A DNA stretch of 64,000 nt. Source: a virus. Its lineage: Duplodnaviria > Caudoviricetes. Both the position numbers and the translations under genes were made by a program. Location of the stretch: the IMG/VR virus record IMGVR_UViG_3300032334_001433, positions 138,666 to 202,665 of that record; one strand, written 5' to 3'. A model generated the notes under the pieces. The model did no database searches, was not told where the DNA came from, and saw only the letters and a list, made by a program, of their open reading frames with translations. Shown here piece after piece: positions 43,366 through 54,800 of this stretch (positions within the stretch are counted from its first letter, which is position 1; each line of letters opens with the position of its first letter).

Positions 43366-46300
43366 ATGGCAGATTTAAAGATATCGCAGCTTGTCCAAGC
43401 TAATGTAGTAAATAAAGATGACCTAATATATCTTATTCAGGATGGTCAAAGCGAAAATGTATCGGCAGGTACACTATTCGCTTCGATCACCGATCCTACA
43501 TTATCTGGGAACATAATTCTTGGCGGCCCCGCTCAATCTCTGTATACGTCGGGTACTATTAGTACAGCAACTACTAGAACCGATTTATATGGAGGAGTTT
43601 CCGCTGATGCAAATGCCGTTGCAAACGGCTCGGTATTACCTACCTCATTATTCTTTTATACTGAAGGAAAATCTGCTACTGGACGCGGCATATCTTTTGC
43701 AAACGGTTCGCCGTTTACAAAGACGTTATATGTTAGAGCCCAAAATAATAAAATATATTTGGGCGCTGCTCAAGGGTCTACTTTTTCTTATCCTCCAGAT
43801 GATTGGGTAGGCCCTACGGGGCTTAGACCTTTTCCTACAGGGTTAACCTTTACAAAGGGCGCAACCTATATATTTGATGTTAGTGATTCTACAAATGCTG
43901 GCAATGTAATTGGATTGTCAACATCAATTGATGGTACTAATACTTTAGGAAGTAGATATACTGCAAATATTGTTGTAAATGGTACTCCTGGTAGTCCTGG
44001 TGCAAATATTGTTTTCACGGTTCCAAATGTTGGTGAAGATGCGGGCGGTAAAAAATATTTAGATCTTCCGCAAGGTGTTGATGGCCAATTAAAAGTTATT
44101 AACTTAGTATCTACTCAAGGTGGTAGATATACAATATCTAGCAATATTAGAAATAATCTTGCTATCGAATTATCAAAGACCGGAGATTCTGCATTCCTGA
44201 TGTACTCAGGAAATGCTTGGTTATTAATTGGTTCAAATCCTGGATTAATAACTACATTCTCTGGCACTTCTGACGATATCGCAGAAGGACAAAAATTATA
44301 TTTTACGAATGCAAGAGCCAGAGCAGCTATTAGCGCCGGCGATGCAAGTATAACTTACGATCCTATTACAGGAACAATTAGGGCAAATGTTTCTGGTGCT
44401 AGTGCAGTAAGTCTTGCAAATGCAGATTTAAATCTTGGTAATCTTACATTATCAGGACAATTCCGCGGCAATTTAAATGTCACGGGCTATGTAAAAGCAA
44501 ACGGATTAACAATACAAGGTATTGATGTAACAAACACCGTACTTGCTGCAAATATTGTATCGCAAGTATCTACATCAAATGTATTCACTACAAATACTGC
44601 AACAATATATGGCAATATATTAGTTGGCGGCAATCTAAGTGTAAATAATACTATTCTTGCAAATGGCATTGTTATTGCAGGCAATGCAAGTGCATTAAAT
44701 ATCTTAACAACAAGCATCACTGCAAATGTTTGGAATAATTTATACACCGCAAACGTAATTGAATCTGCAAGTAATTTATATTACACCAATGCTAGAGTTT
44801 ATGCAAATGTATCTCCACTATTAGTAACTAAAGCCAATGTATCGGATTTAACTACTGCAAACGTAATTGAATCTGCAAGCAATCTTTACTATACTAATGC
44901 TCGTGTTTACGCTAACGTATTTCCATTATTATCAAATAAGGCAAATGTTGCAGATTTAACAACAGCAAATGTAAGAGAATCTGCAAGCAATCTATATTAC
45001 ACAAATGCAAGAGTTTATGCTAATGTATTACCATTATTAGCAACCAAAGCAAATATATCGGATTTAACAACCGCAAATGTTAACGAGTTTGGGTCAAACT
45101 TATACTATACTAATGCTAGAGTTTATGCTAATGTATCTCCATTACTAGCAACTAAAGCAAATGTATCAGATTTAACTACTGCAAATGTTAATGAGTATGG
45201 AGCAAACTTATATTTCAGTAATGCTAGAGTTTACGCTAACGTATCTCCATTACTAGCATTAAAGGCAAATGTTGTTGATTTAACAACTGCCAATGTTGTT
45301 GAATATGGGGCAAACTTATATTTCAGTAATGCAAGAGTATTTGCAAATTTATCTCAGGCAAGCATAAATGCTTTAGCCGATGTTGATACCTCAACTGTTG
45401 CACCAACATTAGGCCAAGGATTAATTTGGAATGGTACAATTTGGGCACCTGCTGCAATAACCGTTTCTGGTACAGAAGCATCAAATATTGCTAATGTAGT
45501 ATTATCAATTGGTAATTTTACAACTGCAAATATTAGAGAGGCTTCAAGCAATCTTTATTATACTAATGCCCGTGTCTACGCTAACGTATCTCCATTATTA
45601 GTATTGAAGGCAAATGTTTCCGATCTAACGACAGCAAATGTTAACGAGTTTGGTTCTAATTTATATTTTACAAATGCTAGAGTAATTTCTGCAGTTGCAA
45701 ACTCTACAATAAGTAATTTAACTGTTCTTGGAAATATAGTTTCCAGCGGAAATGTTTCTGCAAGTTATTTTATAGGTAATGGTTATCTATTAACTGGAAT
45801 TGTAGCAAATATAAATTCTGTAAATGGTAATTTAACTGTTTCAGGAAATGTAATTGCAAATACATTAATTATTGGATCTACATCTGGCGGTAGTTTAACA
45901 GGTGCCAATTTAGTACAAACAAATTATATTTCTGCTAATATATGGCAAGGAATATACACAGCCAATGTACTTGAATCTACAAGCAATTTATATTTTACTA
46001 ATGCTCGTGTCTACGCTAATGTATCTCCATTACTAGCATTGAAGGCAAATGTTGTTGATTTAACAACTGCTAATGTAATTGAATCGGCAAGTAATCTATA
46101 TTACACAAATGCAAGAGTTTATGCAAATGTGGCTCCTTTGTTAGTAGGAAAAGCTAATGTAGTAGATTTAACAACTGCTAATGTAATTGAAATAGGATCT
46201 AATTTATATCTAACTAATTCTAGAGTTAGATTGGCATTGTCTGGTGGAACAGGTGTTATTTATAGTAACATTACAGGTATTATATCAATTGGACAAAATG

Positions 46301-49300
46301 TTGCTACAAACGCAAACGTAACATTCGGACAATTAAATGTTACAGGGCCAGTTAATTTTTACGGCAATGTAACAACGCACGCATCAAATAATCTGTCCAT
46401 ATCGGACAATATGATTTATTTGAATTCAGGTTCGGAAGCATCTAATCCTGACCTAGGATTTGCCGGCAATTATAATGATGGATCATATCATCATACTGGT
46501 TTCTTCCGCGACGCAAGAAATAATGGTACATGGAAAGTATTTGAAAACTATTCTCCAGAACCAGATGCTAATATCTACATTGATACTTCGCACCCCTCAT
46601 TTAGATTAGCAAATCTTGCAGCAAATTATTTGTTTGGTAATCTAATTGGTACAATTAGTTCTTTAGATAACTTTACCACAAGTAATCTAAGAGAAGGTGC
46701 AAACTTATATTATACAAATGCTAGAATAGAAAGTTATTTCTCTAATATTACAACTAGCTTATTGCCAATTGTTGGCAATGCACTTGATATTGGATCTAGT
46801 GATAGACCATTTAGAGATTTATGGTTATATGGTAACTCAATTAAATTCTCTAATTCTGGCTCTATAAGTTCAACGGGCAACACCTTCGTAATGACGGATT
46901 CTAGTAATACCATCATTATGAGTGCGAATGCCAACGCATTAGTAATTACTTCTCCATCAGGTAAAATTGACGGAAGCTTAATTTCTTCATCTGGATTATC
47001 AAGCGCAAATATTCCTGAAGGCGGAGCAAACTTATATTATTCTAATACAAGAGTTTTAGCAAATATAATTCCGCTATTAAATTTGAAAGCAAACGTAACA
47101 GATTTAACGACTGCAAATATTGTTGAAGTTGGAAATAATTTATATTTCTCTAATGTTAAAGCCGTTAATGCTATTACTCAAACTGCTTTGAGTAATTTAA
47201 CGATATCTGGAAATATAGCATCGCCGACTGGTAATCTAGTTATAGATACAATTACAACAAATAGAATTGTTGCTAATACTTGGTCGGGTATAACTACTGC
47301 AAAGGTTCCTGAAGCAGTTGATAATCTGTATTTTACTAATACAAGAGCTCAATTGGCATTACAGCCAACAATTGCAGAATTAAGAGCATCAATAACTGCT
47401 CCTGTTGCAAATGTAATTTATGTTGCTAAGAACGGAAACGATAATAATACAGGCAATACCGCAAGTAATGCTTTGGCAAATATCCATATCGCATTGGCAA
47501 GAGCAACAGAATGGACTACTGTTTTTGTTAAGAGCGGAGACTATACCTTATACAACCAACCAGTAACAATTGGTCGTCGTGTTGGTTTAGTGGGTGACAA
47601 TTTAAGAACAACTACAATTAGGCCATCTCAGCCAGCAGTTGATATGTTCTATGTTAACAATGCTTGCTACGTAACAGGATTTACATTCAGAGACCATATT
47701 GCTCCTTCGGCAGTATTCTCATACAATCCGGATGGATCTGCAGGTACAATTGTTACCAGCCCATATATTCAAAATTCCAGCTCAATTACAACTACCGGTA
47801 CAGGTATGCGTGTAGATGGCAGATATGTTTCTGGTCTACGTTCAATGGTTTGTGATTCTTATACACAAACTAATGAAGGTGGTATTGGTATCCATATGTT
47901 GTATAGAGGCTACACTCAGTTAGTTTCTGTGTTTACAATTTGTTGCCATATTGCTATCAAATGTGAAACGGGCGGCTTCTGTTCCATAACAAACTCTAAC
48001 GCATCGTTTGGTACATACGCATTGTATGCTGACGGCGTTAGCGAGGCATTATATTATGGTAAATTAAGAGATGACACATTGGGTCAAGAATTTGTATTTA
48101 CAAATCTATCACAAAGACCAAATTATGGAGACTCTGTTTTATTTGCAACATACAATCAAGATAAATGTGCAAGAGACTCTGGTTTAATTGTAGATTCATT
48201 GGCATTTGATTTGGCGTACGGCGGCAATACTCAAGCAACCTTTGCAGGTCTACAATATTGGGCACAGACAGAATCGGCAATTCCAAATCAATCAGTTGAA
48301 ACATTGGCGGCAATTAATTATGCTAAAGATTTAGCATTAAACGTAATAGCAAATGTTAGAGTATCTTATACATATCAAGGATCTAATGTTCAACAGTATG
48401 CATCTGCACCAACATTAATTGCAGATCCCACATCGAATGTTAAGGTTGCTTCGGAGTTTGATATTATAACAGGTATTATTACCAATGGTACAGTTGGCGT
48501 AACAGATTTAATAATTCCTAATTCATATCCTGCAAATACTAATGCATATGTAAATCATGCATCGAATTTATTATATAGAAATAATACATTCATTGCATCA
48601 GAAGTTGTAGCATTTGTAAATTCTACATATCCAGGATTTACATATAATGCAAATACTTGCGCTAGAGATGTTGGATTTATTTTAGATACAATTAGATTTG
48701 ATTTATTGCACGGCGGTAATAAGCAAGCAGTCCAAGCAGGTACTTACTACTACAATTATAACGCATCGACTACACAAATTAATGACCAGGTTGTACAAAC
48801 AGGTGCAGCATATAATTATATTGGTCAAATTATAACCAATGTTATAACAAAGAAAAAGAATGCGGCGTATAATCAAGATAAATGCGAAAGAGATACTGGT
48901 CTAATTGTTGACTCGGTGTTAATGGATCTTGCGTATGGAAGCAATTCGCAATCCATATTTGCTGGTCTGCAATATTGGTCACAGACAGATTCTGCAATAC
49001 CTACACAGTCCGATGAAACCGTTGCAGCAATAAATTATGCTAAAACTTTAGCAGTTAATATCGCAAGTGATACTGTAATTTCTTCTCCTTATCAAGGAAC
49101 AGTTACTCAAGTTAGAGGAACTGCAGGAACTGCTGCAGGCAAAGTTACAGATGAATTTAATTTAATTGTTGACATAATTAATAACGGAACAGTTGGTGTA
49201 ACAGATAGAATTGTACCAAATTCATTCCCAGCAAATACAAATGTTGGATTAAATAATTCTGCAAATCTAATTTATTTAAACAAATCATTTATTCAAGCAG

Positions 49301-51525
49301 AAGTAATTGCATATGTTAACACTACATATCCAGGATTCTTTGCAAATGCAAATAACTTTATAGATGTTGCAAATGCAGAAACAAAATGCTCTCGCGATGT
49401 AGGGTATATTATTGATAGCGTTCGCTTTGATTTGCTACACGACGGCAATAGACAAGCAATACAATCGGGTACTTATTATTATAATTATAGTGCAAATGTA
49501 ACCCAAATTAACGATCAAATCGTTAAGACGGGCAAAGCATACGATTACATTGCTCAAGTTGCAAATAAAGTAGTACAAAATAAAAAGAATGCAGCATACA
49601 ATCAAGAAAAATGCGAAAGAGATACAGGACTAATTGTAGATTCAATTGCGTTGGATTTGGCATATTCTGGAAATAGCCAATCCACATTTGCCGGGTTACA
49701 ATATTGGGCACAAACTGAATCTGCAATTAAGAATCAGTCTACACAAACAATTGCAGCAATTAACTATGCTAAGATACTGGCATCCAATATTGTTCAAAAT
49801 ATTACGATAACTTCTCCATATCAAGGATCGGTTACACAAGTAACAGGGTCAGCAGCTAGTCCTGTAGAAGCAAATATATACAGTGCTAGATTTGATTTGT
49901 TAACAAGTATTATTACTAATGGAACCGTAGGTGTTACAGATTCTATTATTCCAAATCAATATCCAAGAACTTCTAATACTACAGTTACAAATGGCGCAAA
50001 TCTAGTTATTGCTAATAAATCGTTTATTCAAGCAGAAGTGATTGCATATGTTAATGCTACATATCCAGGATTCTTTGCGAACACAAATAATTTTGTTGAT
50101 GGGGCAAATGCACAAACAAAATGCTCTCGCGATGTAGGTTACATATTAGATAGTATTACCTTTGATTTGATACATGGCGGCAATAAACAAACTATTCAAT
50201 CTGGTGTATATTATTATAATTTCAATTCAAATGTTACTCAAATTAACGATCAAATCGTTAAAACAGGACAAGCATACACGTTTATTAGTGGACTAATTGA
50301 TAAGATTATTTTAGGTAATGTTATCACTTTCACATATCAAACGGCAGTGCCACAAAATACTACAGCAGCACCGGCAGCAACATTGTCAGAAGTAACAACG
50401 GAAAGAAACTTAGTTGGAATAATTAATAACATTATTACTAACGGTCCAAATGTTATTTACGCTAGAACTCCTATTAGTTTAACTGCAAGCACAGATGCAA
50501 ATGTAGTTAATGCTACAAAATTAATAATTGCTAATAGAGATTTTATTAAGGCAGAAACAATTGCGTATGTAAACGAAACAATGTTTGATCCTCCATATCA
50601 AATAGATGTACTTCAGGATACAACTACATATACTTCAGCAACAACTGCAGAAGCAAATGTTATTGCACAAAAAATTAGTTTAATTAAGAATATTATTACT
50701 AACGGTCCAAATGTAGCACCGGCAAAAACACCAATTGTATATGCTCCTGTTACAAATGCTAATTTATCAAATGCGGCAAAAATCTTATTAATAAATAGAG
50801 ATTACATTAAGGCAGAAACAATTGCGTATGTAAATGCTAATTTGTTTGACCCTCCATATCAAACACGCTACAAACAAAATACTAGTGCGGCGCCTGCATC
50901 GGATTATGCGACGGCTAATTTAGTATTACAAAATATTGGTTTAGTTACAAATATTATTTCTCAAGGTCCGTCAGTTGCTCCTGCAAGAAGACCAATTGGA
51001 TTAACTGCAAATACATCACCAAATGTTATTAACGCCACAAAATTGATTCTTGCTAATAGAGATTATATTACGGCAGAAGTAATTGGATTTGTAAATAAAA
51101 ATTGGTCAAATATTAGTAATGGTACAGGCACATATTATACAGTTAAAAATGCAACAAACCTAGTAGGAAATACTAGTACGGTCACATTATTGGAAACAAT
51201 CCAAGTAGCGATACCGGCAAATACTAGCGTATCTTTCCATCAAGGAAGTTATATTTCATCAAGCGGACATACTTTTGAATATGTTGGCTCGGGTGATACT
51301 ATTGCAACTGCATTGCCATATTTAGGCGGAATTCCTAAACAAGAAAATGAAATTACTGAATTGCGTGGCGGTAAAGTATTCTTTACAAGTACGGATCAAA
51401 GAGGTGATTTTAGAATTGGTACAGGACTTGTTATAAATAGAGTTGACGGAACAATTTCTGGTCGAACATTCAACAAAGCATTGTTCGCAGTTATGACACC
51501 ATATATGCTAGCAATCGAAGGGTAA
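43366..51525 (+). CDS. Giant fibre/baseplate-associated structural protein (2719 aa)
   Basis: ~36-aa TTANV.E..SNLYYTNARV repeats, beta-helix-like domain (IYVAKNGND), three ~240-aa KC.RD.G repeats. Confidence 0.8.
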   Translation: MADLKISQLVQANVVNKDDLIYLIQDGQSENVSAGTLFASITDPTLSGNIILGGPAQSLYTSGTISTATTRTDLYGGVSADANAVANGSVLPTSLFFYTEGKSATGRGISFANGSPFTKTLYVRAQNNKIYLGAAQGSTFSYPPDDWVGPTGLRPFPTGLTFTKGATYIFDVSDSTNAGNVIGLSTSIDGTNTLGSRYTANIVVNGTPGSPGANIVFTVPNVGEDAGGKKYLDLPQGVDGQLKVINLVSTQGGRYTISSNIRNNLAIELSKTGDSAFLMYSGNAWLLIGSNPGLITTFSGTSDDIAEGQKLYFTNARARAAISAGDASITYDPITGTIRANVSGASAVSLANADLNLGNLTLSGQFRGNLNVTGYVKANGLTIQGIDVTNTVLAANIVSQVSTSNVFTTNTATIYGNILVGGNLSVNNTILANGIVIAGNASALNILTTSITANVWNNLYTANVIESASNLYYTNARVYANVSPLLVTKANVSDLTTANVIESASNLYYTNARVYANVFPLLSNKANVADLTTANVRESASNLYYTNARVYANVLPLLATKANISDLTTANVNEFGSNLYYTNARVYANVSPLLATKANVSDLTTANVNEYGANLYFSNARVYANVSPLLALKANVVDLTTANVVEYGANLYFSNARVFANLSQASINALADVDTSTVAPTLGQGLIWNGTIWAPAAITVSGTEASNIANVVLSIGNFTTANIREASSNLYYTNARVYANVSPLLVLKANVSDLTTANVNEFGSNLYFTNARVISAVANSTISNLTVLGNIVSSGNVSASYFIGNGYLLTGIVANINSVNGNLTVSGNVIANTLIIGSTSGGSLTGANLVQTNYISANIWQGIYTANVLESTSNLYFTNARVYANVSPLLALKANVVDLTTANVIESASNLYYTNARVYANVAPLLVGKANVVDLTTANVIEIGSNLYLTNSRVRLALSGGTGVIYSNITGIISIGQNVATNANVTFGQLNVTGPVNFYGNVTTHASNNLSISDNMIYLNSGSEASNPDLGFAGNYNDGSYHHTGFFRDARNNGTWKVFENYSPEPDANIYIDTSHPSFRLANLAANYLFGNLIGTISSLDNFTTSNLREGANLYYTNARIESYFSNITTSLLPIVGNALDIGSSDRPFRDLWLYGNSIKFSNSGSISSTGNTFVMTDSSNTIIMSANANALVITSPSGKIDGSLISSSGLSSANIPEGGANLYYSNTRVLANIIPLLNLKANVTDLTTANIVEVGNNLYFSNVKAVNAITQTALSNLTISGNIASPTGNLVIDTITTNRIVANTWSGITTAKVPEAVDNLYFTNTRAQLALQPTIAELRASITAPVANVIYVAKNGNDNNTGNTASNALANIHIALARATEWTTVFVKSGDYTLYNQPVTIGRRVGLVGDNLRTTTIRPSQPAVDMFYVNNACYVTGFTFRDHIAPSAVFSYNPDGSAGTIVTSPYIQNSSSITTTGTGMRVDGRYVSGLRSMVCDSYTQTNEGGIGIHMLYRGYTQLVSVFTICCHIAIKCETGGFCSITNSNASFGTYALYADGVSEALYYGKLRDDTLGQEFVFTNLSQRPNYGDSVLFATYNQDKCARDSGLIVDSLAFDLAYGGNTQATFAGLQYWAQTESAIPNQSVETLAAINYAKDLALNVIANVRVSYTYQGSNVQQYASAPTLIADPTSNVKVASEFDIITGIITNGTVGVTDLIIPNSYPANTNAYVNHASNLLYRNNTFIASEVVAFVNSTYPGFTYNANTCARDVGFILDTIRFDLLHGGNKQAVQAGTYYYNYNASTTQINDQVVQTGAAYNYIGQIITNVITKKKNAAYNQDKCERDTGLIVDSVLMDLAYGSNSQSIFAGLQYWSQTDSAIPTQSDETVAAINYAKTLAVNIASDTVISSPYQGTVTQVRGTAGTAAGKVTDEFNLIVDIINNGTVGVTDRIVPNSFPANTNVGLNNSANLIYLNKSFIQAEVIAYVNTTYPGFFANANNFIDVANAETKCSRDVGYIIDSVRFDLLHDGNRQAIQSGTYYYNYSANVTQINDQIVKTGKAYDYIAQVANKVVQNKKNAAYNQEKCERDTGLIVDSIALDLAYSGNSQSTFAGLQYWAQTESAIKNQSTQTIAAINYAKILASNIVQNITITSPYQGSVTQVTGSAASPVEANIYSARFDLLTSIITNGTVGVTDSIIPNQYPRTSNTTVTNGANLVIANKSFIQAEVIAYVNATYPGFFANTNNFVDGANAQTKCSRDVGYILDSITFDLIHGGNKQTIQSGVYYYNFNSNVTQINDQIVKTGQAYTFISGLIDKIILGNVITFTYQTAVPQNTTAAPAATLSEVTTERNLVGIINNIITNGPNVIYARTPISLTASTDANVVNATKLIIANRDFIKAETIAYVNETMFDPPYQIDVLQDTTTYTSATTAEANVIAQKISLIKNIITNGPNVAPAKTPIVYAPVTNANLSNAAKILLINRDYIKAETIAYVNANLFDPPYQTRYKQNTSAAPASDYATANLVLQNIGLVTNIISQGPSVAPARRPIGLTANTSPNVINATKLILANRDYITAEVIGFVNKNWSNISNGTGTYYTVKNATNLVGNTSTVTLLETIQVAIPANTSVSFHQGSYISSSGHTFEYVGSGDTIATALPYLGGIPKQENEITELRGGKVFFTSTDQRGDFRIGTGLVINRVDGTISGRTFNKALFAVMTPYMLAIEG

Positions 51526-51529
51526 AAAA

Positions 51530-51865
51530 ATGGCAACCGCATTAAATGTATTTAGAACAATAACTGCTAATATTAAAACATCTTCTAATGTAATTTATAC
51601 AGCACCTGCATTAAAAACTTGTATTGTGTTATCAATGCAAGCAACAAATGTTACTGGAAATACAGTAAGTACTACATTCTATCATAGTACTGCATCAAAT
51701 GTATTGGTTGAATTAACAAAAGATTTTGAAATTCCTACGAAAGATACTGCTAGTATTACTACAGGAAAATTAGTTTTAGAAACAGGACAAAAAGTGGTTG
51801 GAACTTGTAGCGTAAATGACGGTTTAAAATTAGTTATGAGTATTTTAGAAACAGCAAATGACTAA
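51530..51865 (+). CDS. Small beta-rich fibre-associated protein
   Basis: Follows giant fibre; resembles N-terminus of 59088-60152. Confidence 0.65.
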   Translation: MATALNVFRTITANIKTSSNVIYTAPALKTCIVLSMQATNVTGNTVSTTFYHSTASNVLVELTKDFEIPTKDTASITTGKLVLETGQKVVGTCSVNDGLKLVMSILETAND

Positions 51866-54800
51866 ACTTTTATCGGGTAGAGTAAAAAAGGTCAAAAGCG
51901 CGAACGTTCGTGCAAGTAGATACGACTTCATTGGTCTAAGTGAGACAGAGCCAGACTTAGGCTTGCCTTCGGCCAATGGTTATATTTTAGTTGCAAATAC
52001 TGACGGTACTCGATCTTGGCAAGAACCTGCACACGTCGTAGATGTTGCAAATATATCAGTATCGTTAAATAATTTTACAACTGCAAACCTCAGAGAAGGT
52101 TCAAATCTTTATTATACTAATACAAGAGTATACGCAAACTTATCCCAAGCAAGTATTAATGCTTTAGTAGATGTTGATACTGCAACCAATGCGCCAACTG
52201 AAGGCCAGGGCCTAATTTGGAAAACTAATATTTGGGTCCCTGCAACAATTTCTGTTTCTAGTACAGAAATTTCCAATATTGCAAATGTAGTACTTGGCGT
52301 TGTGGCCGCATCAACCACATCTGGATACGCAAATTCATCTGGTTTTTCTAATGTATCTGGTTTTGCCAATGTATCGGGATACGCAAATACAACAGGATTT
52401 GCCAATGTAGCTTCCATTGCTAATACAGCAACAAATGCCAATGTATCTGGATATGCTAATGTATCGGGATTTGCTAATATAGCTGCCATTGCTAATGTAT
52501 CGGGATTTGCTAATGTATCGGGATTTGCTAATGTATCTGGGTATGCAAATGTAGCAAATCTAGCAAACTATGCTAATGTTGCCGGATTTGCGAATTCTAC
52601 TAATTATACAAATGTTGCCAACTATGCAACATATGCATTAATATCTACGTTAACAAATTTTGCTAATTCTGCAATTTTTGCTAACAATGCCGGATATGCT
52701 AATGTATCAGGATTTGCAAACACATCATTAGTCTCAAATAATAGTTATTACACGTTATTGGCAGAAGTTGCTTATATATCAAATTCCTCAAATATAGCAC
52801 TTAGATCCAATTTTGCAAATACTACAGGTTTTGCTAATACATCAACATTTGCTAACACAACAAGTTTTGCTAATACATCAACATTTGCTAACACAACAAG
52901 TTTTGCCAATGTAGCAACATTTGCAAACACGGCAACATTTGCTAACACAACAAATTTTGCCAATGTGGCAGCAGTTGCAAACACGGCAACATTCGCTAAT
53001 ACGACGTATTTTGCTAATGTAGCAGCAGTTTCAAACACAGCAACATTCGCTAATACGACAAATTTTGCCAATGTGGCAGCAGTTGCAAACACATCAATAT
53101 TTGCCAATGTAGCAACATTTGCCAATACAACGGGATTCGCTAATACAACAAGTTTTGCTAATTTGGCTGCTGTTGCCAATGTAGCAACATTTGCTAACAC
53201 TGCAGATTCGGCAAACTTTTCAGGTTTAGCAAGTATAGCAAATATAGCAATATCTGCTAATTTTGCAACTAATTCCGGTTCCGCAAACACATCTGGGTTT
53301 GCTAATATATCAGGTTCAGCCAATGTAGCAACCTTTGCTAACACTGCAAGTTTTGCCAATACATCCGGTTTTGCTAATATATCGGGCTCGGCAAATGTAT
53401 CAACCTTTGCAAATACTGCCGGGTTTGCAAATACAGCAACAGTTGCCAATACAGCAATTTTTGCAAACACTGCCGGGGTTGCAAATACAGCAACATTTGC
53501 CAATACAGCAATTTTTGCTAACACCGCAAATATTGCAAATCTAGTTATATCCATTGCCAATTTTACAACTTCAAATTTGGCAGAAGGTTCTAATTTATAT
53601 TATACAAATGCTAGAGTTATTTCTGCAGTTACCGGAACAACATTAAGTAATATAACAGTAACAGGTAATGTAATTGCTGGTAATGTTAGAGCTGGATATT
53701 TTATTGGAGACGGATCTTTATTAACTAATATTGTTGCTAATATCAATTCCGTATCAGGAAATCTAACAGTAACAGGTAATGTAATTGCCAACTCAATGGT
53801 AGTTGGCGGCGGCACTGGTGGTATTATTACTGGTGCGAATTTAATACAAACAAATTATATTAGTGCTAATATATGGCAGGGAATTTATACTGCCAACGTA
53901 ATTGAATCTGTTTCTAATTTATATTACACAAACGCAAGAGTATATGCAAATGTAGCACCGTTATTGGCAACTAAAGCTAATGTATCGGATTTAACTACTG
54001 CAAACGTAATTGAATCTGCATCTAATTTATACTACACAAATGTAAGAGCAGTTAGTGCTGTAGTAAATACTACATTAAGTAATTTGACTGTTTCTGGAAA
54101 TGTAATTGCTGGTAATGTTAGAGCTGGATATTTTATAGGTGACGGGTCACAGTTATCAAACATTAGTTTAATTACTGGAAATTTAACTGTTTCCGGAAAT
54201 GTAATTACAAACACAATTATTTTTGGATCAGCAATTGGTAGCAGTTTAACTGGTGCTAATGTATTACAAGCAACATATATTGTTGGAAATGTATGGCAAG
54301 GTCTTTATACTGCTAACGTAATTGAATCTACAAGTAATCTATACTTTACCAATGCAAGAGTATTTGCCAACTTATCGCAAGCAAGCATAAATGCCTTATT
54401 GGATGTTGATACAGTAACTGCTGCACCAACAATAGGTCAAGGCCTAATTTGGAATGGTACTATTTGGGCACCTGCATCAATAACTGTTTCGGGTACAGAA
54501 ACATCAAATATTGCTAATGTAGTATTATCGACAGCCAATTTTACAACGGCAAATATACGAGAGGCTTCAAGTAATTTATATTATACTAATGCGAGAGTTT
54601 ATGCAAATGTATTACCATTATTAGCAACTAAAGCTAATGTATCTGATTTAACAACTGCAAATATATTTGAATTAGGTGATACTACAACAGGTAACGTATT
54701 CTTCTCTAATGCAAGAGCAAGAAATGCTATTAGCGCAGCTGATGGTACAATTATATACGATCCAATTGCAGGTACAATTAGAGCAACTGCAAATGTTACT

